A stretch of 64,000 nt of DNA, taken from the NCBI RefSeq assembly GCF_004010195.1, contig NC_057755.1, positions 9,277,306 through 9,341,305 on the forward strand, written 5' to 3'. Positions within the stretch are counted from its first letter, which is position 1. Every line of letters begins with the position of its first letter. Below are positions 38,421-52,925 of the stretch, piece by piece. Under the pieces are notes generated by a model. The model was not told where the DNA came from. It worked only from the letters and a program-made list of their open reading frames with translations, and made no database searches. The DNA is from Chiloscyllium plagiosum. Taxonomy: Eukaryota. Made by a program: the position numbers and the translations under genes.

Positions 38421-40653
38421 TCGATGTGGATTAGTTTAACTTAGAAATATGGTCGCTAATGCATGTTTGGATCAAAGGCCTACTTCTGTGCTGAATGACT
38501 CTACAAATGTTTGTGCATCTGCTTTCAGAGAAAACGCAAAACCCAAATTCAGAGAACGAACAGTGATCAGGCTTTGGATGGAGGTGGGGTCGCTGAGCTG
38601 CAAGGTTCATTTCTGGAAACATGCATTTAAAACCGCTACATGAGCTACAAATATACTCAAAACTTGTGAAGTGAGCAGGCCCCCGAGTTGAGGGGAAAAA
38701 AAGCCGTGGTTCCGTTTTATAAATAACTGCAGAAGGAAGTTTTAAAGATAAAGGAAGTTGTTTGTGTTTCTTATTGTTAGACGGAACACCCCCACAAATC
38801 CAATGCCAAGAATTATATGAACAATTCAATTCAGATTATTCACCAGTGTTCCAATGTGATCGACTCTTGTTGTTGAAAACTATGGAAATATAAATATTGA
38901 CTCGGCCAGAAATCTGAATTGTTCCAACAAATTGCAGTCTCCTCAGAAATGCATGAACAATGCATCACTACTCTTGGTCAGCAATATTATTATTTCTATT
39001 CTTTCAAATACCAAAGCAATGTTGTAAGGTACCTATGTTCAAATCCCATCAAGGCTTGAGCTGTTCTTCATCTTTATTGATAGTTAAAGAGCAGCGAAGG
39101 AAGCACAGAGAATGAGCGGAATTAACGGGTGAGAAAGTTATCATTAAACCTTTTCCTGTCTGTCTCTAACGTCATTTCGCTTTACCACAGTTGGATATGA
39201 ACCAAACCCGATTAATATGTCTGCTACCATCATCTCCCCCAACTCCAGAAAAAGGTCATAACTCCTTTGCCATATTAAACAGATATGAAAAAGATCCAAA
39301 TCTCCAATTCCACATCTCGAGTCGGCACCCTTTGTAGCCTTTAGGAATAATTCAAATTCATTGGTATTCATGCTCCATTGAGATAAACTGTGTTTATGCG
39401 CCTCCGTCTACTTCACATGATGAAGGAGCAGCATTCCAAAAGCTTGTGATTTTAAGAAGATCTGTGGGACTGGAGTTTGGTGTCAATGGATTTGACTTTG
39501 CTCACGCAAGTGCAACTATGACATTTCCATACTATTTAGGACTCTGAATATCTCACAATTCCATCACCAATTACAACACCATCTCAGTAGGATTGGAGAA
39601 CTGTGCTCCTGCCTCACTTCATCGACTCTTCTATTGTGTGACGATCTGTCTCTAAATTTACTGTAAGTGTTTTGTCTCCAATTTTCATTTCTAAACAAAT
39701 TTAGGTTCATTAGTAACTCTGCAGAAAATTGCATGAATCACAAGAGATTCCAGTCCAAATTTAATTTCCTATTTCCAGATATTCTTTTATTCCACAGTTT
39801 CCTCGCTGCGTTATATATCAGTTCTTCACAGCTCCTGGATTATAACTCAAATAAATGTCACCACTATTCATTACCATAAACTAATCTAATTGCCGGACGC
39901 CATTTCGGGAGGAAAAAGTGCCATCTTTCCCTGGTTGGCCTCCGTGTAATTTCAGAAACAGCAATGTAATTGACAATTCTATGCGGGAAGTGGAACGGGA
40001 GAGGAAATAGTGACGATGCTGACACAAGTTTAACAAGGTTATGCTGTCCTTGGTTTTTTTTTTAACAGTCCAGAAAAGCAGCATTTCTGAAAGGTCTCGC
40101 TTGGATGCATTTAAGGGCCAGTTTGATTATTGTTAACAGATACTGCCTTAGGGAAAGGCTTTCAAGTTAAAAAATACTTGTAAAAGAAAAGAGGACTGAC
40201 CAGTTTTGCCAGATTACTTTTCCTCTGGAATGTTGTTGTTTAGCAGCTTGTATTTTTAAAATTTGCTTGTCCAAGAAACAGCCACGTGGAAGATCCTGTT
40301 CCATGCGAAGCATCTCTGGCATTTCTCACTCTCCTGTAACAATTTGTCTTTGATTTTACATTTATTGTTGCCGCGGTGGTTATGCAGATTGTTGAAGGAA
40401 TTTGCAACAGCATCATTAAAATTGAATAACATTTTGAGTTTTCGAATAGATTAAGTAAATCTGTGTTCTGTTCTCCGTTTATATTTCGTTTGGAAGTCTT
40501 TCAAATAATTTCAGCTTTGTTTAATGCTACGTGGTTGGGCCTGCTGCATCACTCCTGGGATATGCATGTCGTACCTGTTTAAAGCAGTTCTGAAAGTTAG
40601 CGTCTGGCTATTTTCTTGAAATGTTTTGAGGGGCTGTGGCCTGATACATAACA

Positions 40654-41225
40654 GATTGGAGGCTCTTTGCGGGATTTGTCCAAAAGTTCCAAACTGGGAT
40701 TATGATTTTTGGACTCAAAGGCTGCGAGTGGCATCTGTTGGTGTCTTTTGCTCTGTGTGTTAAGTTCAGTTAGTTAAAACAATGCTTGGGATAGAATTGG
40801 CTCTTTCCGTCACTGGCAGTTTTCTGCGGAGGGAAAAAGTGACTTTGGAAATTTAACAAAAGGTGATTGACGGTCAGCTGCTGGAATGAACAGACAAGCT
40901 GGTGATCTGACAGCCTCCTACCATAAAGAAAAAAAACATAATTGCATCAATAGCTCAGAGATACAATTGATAGCATAAAGAGGAAGACCGAGATAAGGGA
41001 AAGTAAAGGATAGTGAGGAAAGGAAGGGAGGGCGTTTGAACTTTAATAAATTAGCACTTAGACAGGGCAGTCAGCTTCGGAAAGAGCTGAAGATAATCCT
41101 AGTGAGGAAGGGAGTGATAACAACCAAAGCCATGATATCTATTGGCCTGGTGAGAAATGGTTTAAATATATATCAAACATTGCCTAAATTTGACTGGAAT
41201 GATGTGGAAGACGTTTCCATCTAAT
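40654..41225 (+). mobile_element. Gypsy-like LTR retrotransposon remnant: PBS-like site, leader, decayed gag (duplicate at about 16308-17000)
   Basis: ...cataaca (LTR-end-like) followed by ttggaggctctttgcgggattt, resembling a tRNA-Pro PBS (tgggggctcgtccgggattt); gag-like peptide LPKFDWNDVE. Confidence 0.5.
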
Positions 41226-41700
41226 TTTGTACGAGCGTAGATAGCAGTGTATGTTTACTGGGACAGCATTAATGTCCCAAAGGGTCTCATTTGTAATGTA
41301 TTTCGCAATTTTTTTGTGAAAATGCATAACCCTCAATTTTTAAAAAAATCATTTATTGACTTCTTTTGCACTCACGGTCATAGTTTCTTCCAATCTCCTC
41401 ATTGTAGAAAACATTACAATGTCATGCGCATGCATTTTTTTTCAGTTTTCTTTTTTGATGCTTTCTTACAAGGTCCAATTGAAGCCACTCTTTTTCATTG
41501 CACATTTAAATATTCTGAACTACATACTCGACTTTCGTAAGGATGAAACACTTTGGTTTTCAATTTTCACTTCATCATTTGTCGTATCCTTCCGAATGAT
41601 AAGAAACAAATTTGGGCCTCTACAATATTTAAGATGGATGCTTAGATCCCTTGAACTCTTGTTTTGCATTCCCGTTGAATTTAGGAAAGTAACTGAAAAA

Positions 41701-42016
41701 AAAACCTTTCCCTTTAGAGAAGAACTTGCAATTTTCAGATTTGTTGTTGTTGAGAAAATGGGGTTGAGCTGCTTCTTAAAAGCAGTATCGTGTGCGCCAT
41801 GAAGTGACTAATTCGCCTCCTGTCTCCTTCAAATCCAATAGTACAAAACAAAAGTGTTAAAACCTTTCCCTTTAGAGAAGAACTTGCAATTTTCAGATTT
41901 GTTGTTGTTGAGAAAGTGGGGTTGAGATGCTTCTTAAAAGCAGTATCGTGTGCGCCATGAAGTGACTAATTCGCCTCCTGTCTCCTTCAAATCCAACAGT
42001 ACAAAACAAAAGTGTT
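41701..42016 (+). repeat. 158-bp direct tandem duplication
   Basis: aaaacctttccctttagagaag at 41701 and 41859; near-identical units. Confidence 0.9.
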
Positions 42017-42799
42017 GTGGTTACTTCTGCAGCGGTGAATACCGGTTTGCAATCAGTTATACAAACATTGAATCTGCCTATTGCAGACTTTCATGAGATC
42101 AAGAGCTCCATCAGTCTTGTGCACCTTTGGTTATGGCTGCATGTGCTATCGTTCAAATTGCCATAATGACAGCACATAATTACACAATAAGCAGAGGTTC
42201 CAGTCCAAAGTGCATATCTAAATTAATTGTCGAGAGTATAGTGCTGGAAAAGCACAGGAGGTCAGGCAACATCCGAGGAGCAAAAGAATGAGCGTTTTGG
42301 GCTGGCTCTCTTGCTCCTCAGATGCTGTCTGACCTGATGTGCATTCCCAGCACCACACTCTCGACTCTAATGTCCAGCATCTGCGGTCCTCACTTTCAAC
42401 TTAATACATAAATTCGTTCAATCCAACAGATAAATAATTATCCCCTAGCATCGTTCCTTCCGGTATAATAAGCTTAATTCTTTGCCCGATCTGCGTCAGT
42501 TTAACTTCTCACTCTTCTGTCTCGTACCTACCACATGTTTCAAGATTTTCAAGATCTTTCTGGGATATCGCTGCTATTCTCTGCCTTTGTGGTGTGCACA
42601 GATATTGTGACGAATTTTGCTCTTTTCATTTTAATATGAATATAGAAATCCACTTGGAACTCTTACAGCTCAATTAAATTTTGCAAAGCCATCTGCCTTT
42701 GAAGACAGAAATGATGAGTGTTTCTTTTCACTTGGAGAGTTGAGAGAGCTGCATAAATCTAATGTCCAGATTGTAATGATGTCTGGGAAACCAAATATA

Positions 42800-45020
42800 C
42801 TCAACTTTGTAATCAATGGATTTGTAATTCACTAGGGATTCCATGGGACGTTGGCAGTCCGAAAATAATGAAGTTGAATTGTGCACTTCTTCGACCAGTG
42901 GTGATCTCAAGTGTCAATGTGACATACTGGATCCGAAAATGGATCTGGGACTCACGGTTTTATTGCTCATGTGTTGTCCTTTCACCCTTCCCATGCAACA
43001 ATGCTTAATGTGACAGCAATATGGTTGACTCTCAACTGCTCCCTGAAACATCCTGGCAAGCCACGGAGTTGTACTAATCGCTAGAAGGTCATAACAAAGA
43101 AACGAAAATCGATGGACCACGTGGCATCTACTTTGCAACCGGAAAAGAAATAGCAAAACCACAAACAGCCTGTCGACCATGCAAAGTCCTTCTTACCAAC
43201 ATCTGTGGGCTAATACCGAAATTGGTGAAGCTATCTCACATACTAGTAAAGCAACAACCTGACATAGTCATTTTAATGGAAACATACTTTGCAGATAACA
43301 CTCTTCGTACCACTGTTACCATCCCTGGATTTGTTCTATTCCACTGCCATGGCAGTCTCAGCAGAAGTGACTGCACAGTGGTATAGATTCGGAAGGGAGT
43401 TGCACTGGGAATTCTTGACATCGACTCTGGACCTCGAGAAATCTCATGCCTTCAAAGGTGAGGAAATGTTTTCTGGCGACAACACACCATTTTCCTTAGG
43501 CTGATGAATCAACATTCCTGCCTGTGGAGCAATACTTGATGGAATCTCTGAGAATGGCAAGTGTGGAAAATGTACTTTGAGTGCGGGATTTCAATGTCCA
43601 CAACCCAAAGATGATGGGCAAGAGCAGTAATGATCGAGAGGTTTGCATTCTAAAGGATATAACTGCTAGACTATACCTAGGACAGCTGGTGAAGGAATCA
43701 ACAAAAGGAAAATGATCACTGATGTCATACTAAATAATAAACCGTATGCAGAAATATCTGTCCATGACAGTATAGGTAAAAGAGACCACCGCATTGTGAT
43801 GGAAGCGGTCATCAAAAGTGCTGTCAAGCAGCACCTGCTCAGCAACAACCTGCTCAGTTACGTTCAGTTTGGGATTCGCCAGGATCAGTCAGCTCCGGGC
43901 CTCGTTAAAGCCTTGGTTCAAACATGGACAAAAGTGCTCAATTCCACAGGTGAGGTGAAGGTGACAGCGCTTGACAACAAGGCTGCTTTTCACCGAGTTT
44001 GCCATTAAGGGCCATGGGAAAACAGGAGCCCAGAATATCTCTGCAGGAATCCCTCATTGCTGTGTCCAGGGACAAAATGTCTTCAAGTGCCTCATTAAAG
44101 GACTTCATATGGTTTGAAGTGTGGACGTTTGCCAATGATTGCACAGAGTTCAGCGTTTTTGCAACTCCTCAGATACTGAAGGAATCCAAGCTCAAATCTA
44201 ACAAGGTCGGGAAAACGTCCAGGCTTGGTCCGACAAGTGGCAAGTAACAATCGTGCCACACAAACACCAGACAATGAACACTACCAATAAGTGTCACTCC
44301 AACCACCACCGCTTAACATTCAAAGTTATTACCGTCACTGAATCCCCGACTGTCAACAACCTTGAGGTTACCACTGACCAGAAACTCACTCGGAACCATT
44401 ATGTAAATACAAGGTCTACAAGAGTAGGTCAGAATCTATGGATTCTATGGCGGGTAAGTGACATCCTAACAGTACAAAGACTCTGCACCATCTACAAGGC
44501 AAAATTCAGGTGTGTGATGGAACACTCCCCATTGCCTGGATGGGTGCAAGTCCAACAACACAGAAGAAGCTTGACACCATCCAAGGTAAAGCAGCCCGCT
44601 TGATTGGCACCGCGTGAACAAACAATCATTCCCTCTACCATCGTCGCTGAGTAGCAGTAGCGTGTACTGTCCACAAGATGTACAGCAGAAATTCGCAAAG
44701 TCCTTTCGACAGCACCATACAAACATGCAACCATTTCCACCCAGACGGGTAAGGGGATGATATACTTGAAAAAGCCACCGCCAGCAATTCCCCTCCCAAA
44801 GCCACTCACCACCTTGCCTTGGAAAGATAATGCTCTTCCTTCAACGGCATTGTGACAAATTCCTGGATTTCCCTCACGACCAGCATTGTTGGTCAACCCA
44901 CAGCAACGAAATTGTAGGGATTGAAGAAGCCAGCTCACCATCGCCTTCTCAAGTGCAAATAGTGATGATCCATTCATGTTGGACAGCCAGTGAAGCCCAA
45001 CTTGCACAAGTGAAATAAAA
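42800..45020 (+). mobile_element. Decayed LINE, duplicate of 18150-21200 with internal ~850-bp deletion
   Basis: ORF 43712 joins the endonuclease end (DHRIV) directly to the RT start (MEAVIK..QFGIRQ). Confidence 0.8.
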
Positions 45021-46570
45021 GTCAACTGAGTTAACCAATGATGGACAATTGAAGGGATTTCAGCATGACGACTCAAACAAGTGATTTCACTTGAAGCTAT
45101 TTGCGCCCTCTCCTGGCCTCTTCGATGCACATCACAGATGCATGCCTCACCAAATAAGTCACGTTACTGACAATGTGGACAACGTATTATAAATCATCGA
45201 ACCAAATGCTTAAATCCAACTGGTCCACATCAACCATGTTCACAAACACCAATCCACCCATGTGTTTCCGTTATCCCCCATTTTCCTTCATACTCTTTCT
45301 GATCATGGACTTAGAGAACTGTATTTTGAAAGTTGCCACTGTGCCTGCATCCAACATTTCTTTTGGCAGTATATTCCATGGAAAAAGAAATTTTATTTGT
45401 GCGAAGAGATGACACTCATGTCTTTCTGTTGAAACATTCTACTCTCACTTAAAAATATACCCCATAAAGTTGGGAAACAGTCTTCACTTATCCATGTATC
45501 ACACGATTTTATAAATTTATGTTGGGTCCCCAATCAACCCTTTCTGCTTAACGAGCCTTTTTTTTAAACCTTCAAAGCCATCAATCATACCAACGTTCTT
45601 GTAAATCGTTTCTCAACCCTCTCCGAAGTAATAATATCCTTCCTACATCAATGCAATCAGAACTACCTCCGCAAGTACAGCAGAGGCCTCACCAATGTTC
45701 TGTGCAATTTCGGGAGGCCTTCCCAACTCCTACGTTCAATGATCGAAAGTGTAAGCGATGAAGACAGGCATGCTAAACATTATAATAACCACTTTATCAA
45801 CTGTGATTGAAAGTTCACAGAATTGAACACCCGATGGCTCAGTGGTTAGCATTTTTCCCTCACAATACCAGGAACCTGTGTTCCAATCCTACATCTGTCC
45901 ACTGTCTGTGTGGAGTTTACACATTTTCCCCGTTTCTGGGTGGGTTTACCCCGGATGTTATTTTTCCTCTCACAAAGCAGAGACGTGCAGCAAAGGTGAA
46001 TTGGCTATGTAACCTGCACATAGGGTTCAGGGATGTGTGGGGCAGTTGCGTTACGCAGTGAAAAATATCGAGTAATAGGGCAGGGAATGCGGCTGCGTGG
46101 TTTACATTTTGCAGGATCGGGGTGGACTTGTTGGGTCCTATGGCCAGTTTCCACATTGTGGCAATTCCACGATGTATCGATTATCGAATCACCACGTCTG
46201 TTTGAGAACACTACTCAGGACATTACCATTAATTTTATCTGCACTTTACTTGTCTGTTTTCAAAAATGCAATACCTCGCATTGATACAAATTAAACTCCG
46301 TCTGCCAGTCATCAGCCCTTTGTTTCAGTTGATCGAGAACTCTTAATAAATTGATTCAGCAACAATTTCAATGCTCCTCCAAATGAATGATCAGCATCAA
46401 CTGCTTGTGATCCAATTGGGAGACGGTTGCATGCAAATCATCATTCAAAACAAATTTCACTAATTCCTTTGAGAGATGACGCATACTTAAATAGAAGATA
46501 TCTGATCTGACTCTGGTGAGCGCTTGTCTGAGTTTCTCACGTTGAACAAAACATATCACTCCTAAGAAAA

Positions 46571-48693
46571 ATGGAACGGCCAAAGATTCTGCTGATTAAA
46601 GAGATTTATTATCAAATTCTTGCAACCATCGGTGTGCCTGGTGAGCCTGGTTTAGACTTTACATTGTGATTGTTTGTGAATTGCCTCAGAGTTCTAAACC
46701 TCCTCTGGAAAATCTAGAATATTTCTGCGATCTCAGTGAAGCAATGGCAGATTTTACCCCTATTGTCTCATAAATCCTCTGTTCACATTGTGCTTGTTTC
46801 ACTGGGCTGATAATTTTATTGCTGTTACCATATGTTTGAGGTTTGAAACGGGCGAAAGATGACTAACAAAGTAAATGTAGACCGGATGGTTCCTCATGCT
46901 GGGCAATCTCGAACGTGAGGTTATAGGTTTAGAATGGTGACAGATTTCAAACAGGTTTGGGGGAGAGTTAAATATCTTAAAGGGGCGTCAATCTCTGAAA
47001 TTCACTGCCCAAGCGTCTCGTGGAAATCAGAAAATTGAATTAACCTAAGGAAAGGCAGACAGATTTCACTTTCTTAGCAGTTTAGGATATCACTACATGA
47101 GAAATAATTATACATATGAGTTCCTACTCAATATGCAAGAGTAAAGTCCCTGCATATCTTTTATTGGGTCGAATTATTCAGTGAAATAATTTGTATCTTT
47201 GAAATGCACTAAATTCACTAGTAACTTTCCAGCTCGTTCTCTTCATTGATCTTTCCAAATTTGTATCCAACCACTGTTCTGTCCTGTATTTGCCACAACT
47301 CCAATGTAGTTGAGAATCCGGAACCAATATCTGCGAGGTTTTAGTGTGACATATAATCATGACGCTTTTGAAGTATTTTGGTGTGCTTTGTTTTGCTAAG
47401 GCATAAATGTCAATGGACAAAGCGCGAGATCATTTTATTCGAATAGTTAGGGATGTATTTGAGCGGAGGAGACTTCTTTATTTCAATAGACCTTTCTCTC
47501 TGATGCAATCTTCTCTTATTCAATGACACTTACACTTACGAAAAGACAAATGCAATGTAATCTCATCAAACATATGTCATTTGGGGTGAGGAGATTTTTT
47601 TTGTTCTTTATAACGTCACGATAAGCAGTTGGTAACTTCCTGCTTTTGGTGTTGACATCTGGATAATCACATGGTTCACAATTGATACCTAGGTTTGTGC
47701 TTTGAGATTTCGAAAAATTGAGTTCACGTTTGTCTCGTCTTCCTTTTTTACAGCAAACATGATGACCATTGTCGTTCTTGTGCGAGGAAACTGTGGCCTC
47801 TCTAAATGTATCTCTGTCTACATGCTTTCCATGGCAGCAGCAGACTTACTGGTTATAATCAATAATGTTATCGTTTATAACATTCTTACTTATTACTTTC
47901 CATTTTCATTTCTGCGTCAGACACATATTTGTAAATTTATTTTTTATCTGCGCTGTGTTATGCTCAATTCATCCGTCTGGTTCACAGTCGCCTTTACGTT
48001 TGACCGCTTTGTCGTCATCTGCTGTCCAAAGTTTAAGACAAAGTATTGTTCTGTGCGAATTTCAGCTACAGTTGTAACAGTGAGCTGTATCCTCATGTGT
48101 ATCAAGGATATCCCACTTTTCTTTGCGTATGAACATGAATATATTATTAAACACGTGAAATGGAACTGCCAGTCAAGTGTGACTTTTTTTCCTCAATTGC
48201 AGGAGTCGTGTACATCTGGTTTTTCAGCATCTGTTTAGTTTGGCTTCCTTTCATTTTAATTGCCTTGTTGAACTCAATGACGGTCAGACATATACTCGTG
48301 AGCAGTAAAGCCCGCAGAGTGCTTCGAGTTAACACAATTGACAATCAATGTGATCCCGAGATGAAGAATCGAATGAAATCTATTGTTTTACTCTTTGCTA
48401 TCTCAGGAAGTTTCGTTCTGCTGTGGATGACAAGTGTGCTAAACCTTGTAATGAACAGACTGACAAATCCTACACATTATCGAGGAGATCTTGGAAATCC
48501 AGCATATATTGCTGTCGAAACTGGAGCCATGCTGAGGTATTTCAGTTGCTGTTCAAACACGTGCATCTACGCAGTGTCCCAGAGAAAATTTGTCGCTGTT
48601 TTGAAATGGCCCTGTGCATTCATTTTAAAGTGGTCAGAAATGAAAGGAAGACAGCGGAGAAAACCTGGATTGAATTTCTGTCTCGTTCTGTAG
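46571..48693 (+). pseudogene. GPR139/GPR142-like GPCR copy 4; exons 46571-46640 and 47754-48693; frameshifted
   Basis: Same exon structure as the other copies. A 1-nt deletion at about 48184 (gtgac-ttttttt vs gtgacattttttt) splits the ORF. There is also a 12-nt deletion in helix 8 (QRKFVA vs QRKFREEFVA) and an altered C-terminus. Confidence 0.8.
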
Positions 48694-51600
48694 ATTGATT
48701 AATAGGGAGAAAAGAAAAAACAGTGTTCATTTAACTTATCATCTTCTGCAAGATTGTCTCGTTTGTGCGATTACACATTTCATTGGCTTAATCATTGTTA
48801 GGAGAATAATGATATTTTCCTTTCAAATGTAAACGGTGCCATTGATAGTGGAACAGTGCAAGCTTCCTCATAATAAATTAAGAATAGATTCCAGATGCTC
48901 ATATTTCTTCAGTTAAGTATAAGTTTCGGAGGTTTTTACATTTTTTCACATAATTTCACAAGCAATTTCATCGGGCAAACTATTCAACAGTTTGCAAAAC
49001 ACACTTCAATTTCATATTACGTTGAAAATACAAACAAAATAAATGTAAAAGAATTGGCTTTACTGCCAGTCCAGGGAAATACATGGGGAGGTTTTATGTA
49101 TGTATATATAACTGCTGCTAATTAACTAGTTCAATGTAATACCGTGCCTTAAACACACCCTGACAACAGCAAATGAAGTCAAACAGGTTTTCTCACAAAC
49201 GATTCTATCAGCTGTGCTTTTCCAACACCAACCTAATCTTGACTGTAATCCCTAATGAGCCCTGTTTATTTTTAATGTAATGATTCTCAGATGTCATAAA
49301 TGCATTTACAGGTGTTTCACCAAATTCGTCGTCAACCACCTATCCCCATGTTCCTTGTCTCATTGAAATAGTAAGCTTGCTGATTTTGTCATCATTTTGA
49401 CGTCTAAAAAAATGCTAAATTGATTTGACAGAGTAGACTTAGACAGGATGTTTCCTCAATAGGCGAGTCAAGTTTGGGAAGTCATTGGAATGATATAAGT
49501 TGGAGGAGTTATGAAACAGATTCGTGGAGAAATTACCTCTCGCAAAGGGCTGTGAATGTGTGAATTTCAATGCCCCAGAGTCTGGAGATATTCGAGAGCA
49601 AATAGAATCAACGGAATGAGGAGATGAACAGATATTTTATTACTAATGGACTAAATGGTTGTGCATAACAGGCAGGAAAATACATTTGAAGTCACAATGA
49701 GCTCAGTTCTGTTCCTATTTCTTGGTGGAGCAGGTTCAATGGTCTGAATGACATAATCCTCCGCCCAATTCTTCTGTTCCGAAAGTATTAACTCTGATCT
49801 ATTTAATTTTCTTACTTAACAAACAGCCTTTCAAATTAATTGAGCACCATTTCCTTTCGATTGCTTGAAATTAAGACAGGCTTGAGATTAGAGTTAAGGT
49901 TATCCCTATCCCTATCCCCTGGACCTGTAGAGCACCATATATGTCACGACCCCCTGAATGTGAACTCAAACACATGATGGAGAGTTCGCCCGTAGTCTTA
50001 TGGATTTACACATCAACAAAATTATTTCTCAAATTCTTAGCTTCGCAAAGAATTGTCACATTGTTCCAACTTTATATGGTGGCTAAATTTCTTCGTATCT
50101 GGTACCAATTTGTCTCTTATTCTCTGCACCCAGCCTAGAAACACATAGCTTTGCAAGGTTACAGAAAATGAATCATTCCAATCGGAATACTGCAAAGATT
50201 TGAAACTTTCTCACTCCTTGGTATTTTACTAAATATTCATCATGTGTAATGTAAATCACGAATTGAATATAATGGATATGTAAGTTAGGACACAATGTTT
50301 CTTTTTAATTAAATGGTCAATCGAAATGCAAAAACAGAACCTGGCATTGTGGAGAGACATTTTCATGTCCCAAAACTCAACCATTTAACGAAATGGATAT
50401 CCTACCGCTGGACAGTTTGGTTGGTGCGCATCTCTAGAATGTGCACAATGAGGAAAAGATGGTTGCACTTGAGAAGATGGAGAGCAGATCTATCAGAACG
50501 TTATCTGGGCTCGAAGGAATCAGTCATGAAGAGAGATTGATTAGATTGATATCACTCGCATTGTAGGAGAAGGGACTGGGAGTGGATGTGGATGAAACGT
50601 ATACAATTATGAGATGCATTGACAGGTAGAACATGAATAAGCTCTTCCCTTTTTGCAAGAATCAATAACCATGGGGTCTGGAAGTCAACTAAGGTCAGAA
50701 CGTTTGGAGGTAATGACACGAAAACATTTTCATCCAGATGGTGATGGGAATCCGGAATTCAATACATGTAAGTATGTCAGAGGTTGAGCCACTCATAACA
50801 TTCAGAAAAAAAAACATATGCTGCAATGCCAGTACATACACGGTTTTTGCAACAAGTGCTGTCAAATAGGATTAGAAAAGATATATTGTTGGTTTTGACT
50901 GTTGAAGATTTCATGTGCTGAAAGGTTGTTTTATTTGCTTTATTCCTCCTGGAATCTTTGATTTTACTGACAATTTCGTGGGCATAACATGAAATTCAGA
51001 TCATCAATATATTCGCCCTTTTTAGCAGATCGTGTTCACTAATCACTAAGCCACGGCAGTCGAGATAGTGGTGTTGGAAAAGCACAGCAGGTCAAGCAGC
51101 TTCCGAGGAGCAGGGAAAACGACGCTTCGGGCATTAGCACTTCATTCCATTACCACACTCTCGACACTGATGTCCAGCATGTGCAGTCGTCACTTTCTAC
51201 TAAGCCATGACCAGCAGTCAGCAACTTCTCTCTTCGTTGCTCTGCTCAGAACCTTCTCTCTCTCTCTCTGTTTCTCTAACAAATATAAGTGTTTGATTAA
51301 CTCCCTTGAAATTTCAGCTGTACTTGGACCTTGTTTGAACTCAAATCAAACTTCTTTGCTAATTCTAAAACTTTTGGCCTTTTTCTGTCCTTCTCAACCT
51401 CCTTGGAAAATTTGAAAATCATCTTCAAAACCCAAAACCTCTTTATCAATTCGAAGAACCATGCTTCTCACTGATAATGTAATCAACCACAGGTTCCCAA
51501 AGTTAAACAAATGTTCTCACCTATATTTTATTTCAAGGCCTATGACACTAACTCGCAAGTGTTTAAATCCGCTGGGATTTTTCGTACATATTTCTGTCCA

Positions 51601-52767
51601 AATCTGTGCTACACTGGTTCAACTCCTGGACAAAACCCAATGAATTATTTTGAGACGATGTAAAACTGCAGCCACTATCCATCCCACCGCTCACCCCAGC
51701 TAATTTACACAAGGAACACAGAAATGAATTAACCAGTAGTGTAATTTGTTAAATTTCGACAGGCCAAGAACTGTCACAAATTAAAAATAAACAACTTAAA
51801 AAAGTCTAACAGAGAGTAATTAACATCGTTTCTCCCACATATCTTTTACTTTCCTTCTATAATACCGTTCTGATAAACCCCAATTAAGATTTACAAAAAC
51901 ATCCGAATTTCTAAAACAGCCAGATGTCAAATCTTTTCTTGGTATCTCCTCTGTCTTATTTTCTTCTTCTTAAGATTTCTGTTCACAGGTCGTTGGTAAA
52001 TAAAGATGAGAGCTATTATGCAGGCAGTCTGCATATGTTGATCGCTTGGCAAGTCGCCCTCACTGTTTATTTTCCCCAATTTATATTTCAAAACATCGGA
52101 TCGTTTCATTCGTTTTGAATATTGCCAAAATACCAAATTGATACTTGATTGGATTTCAGTATCTTGGGACATAATGTAAATGGATTTGTCGAATTTCAAT
52201 TTGTTTTCTGTGTCATTGCAACACAGATTCTGCTACTTACCGGACCAAAGGTTACATTGTAAATTCTCCAACACTGTGTGTGCCTGGTAAGTCCTTCACT
52301 CTCTTAAAGGTGCCGTGCCCCTTACACCTTCATAACATAAGCAATGGACTCAAGTGTTGTGGAGACTAGGAAGGAACCTGGTGTTCAGGTCGTGTTGACA
52401 TCAGCTGTGAATGTAATACATGGTGGAGCAGGATCGAGGGGCTGAATGGTCTTCTTTCTTACGTAGCTCTTATATTCTGTGGTCTAACCTATTCAATAGC
52501 TTCACATTCATCTGAGAATACTGCACCTGTAACTAAGCACAATATTGCAGTTGAGACAGAACTAGTGATTTCCACACTTTGAACATAAACTCAAATTGCC
52601 CTTATACTGCGTGCCTTATTAACCAAGGGTGTGTGGCGATTTATTAATCAGTCTCTAAATCGATGCTATACAAGCTTCAGGAATACATCCAAGCCACCCC
52701 CTCTTTGTCAACTGTTTAAACATGTCTCTGCTTGTGGAAAATCGGTCAATTTCGTTTTTTTAACTTT

Positions 52768-52925
52768 CAAAGTTTGTGCGAAGATTTGTAGCTCGGGTGC
52801 TCGTTGTTGTGGTTCTGTTCGCCGAGCTGGAAGTTTTTGGTGCAAACGTTTCGTCCCCTGGCTAGGCGACATCATCAGTGCTTGGGGGCCTCCTGCGAAG
52901 CGCTTCTTTGATGTTTCCTCCGGTG
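52768..52925 (-). mobile_element. Penelope pLTR fragment
   Basis: Matches about 15016-15170 (aagatttgtagctcgggtgctc...gaagcgcttct). Confidence 0.85.
52842..52881 (-). ncRNA. Minimal type I hammerhead ribozyme motif (PLE-type)
   Basis: Same 40-nt sequence as 35597-35636. Confidence 0.72.

Noticed and set aside
47702..47753. N-terminal extension MRFRKIEFTFVSSSFFT of ORF 47702
   Set aside because: It is intron sequence (polypyrimidine tract and acceptor) with a non-ATG start.
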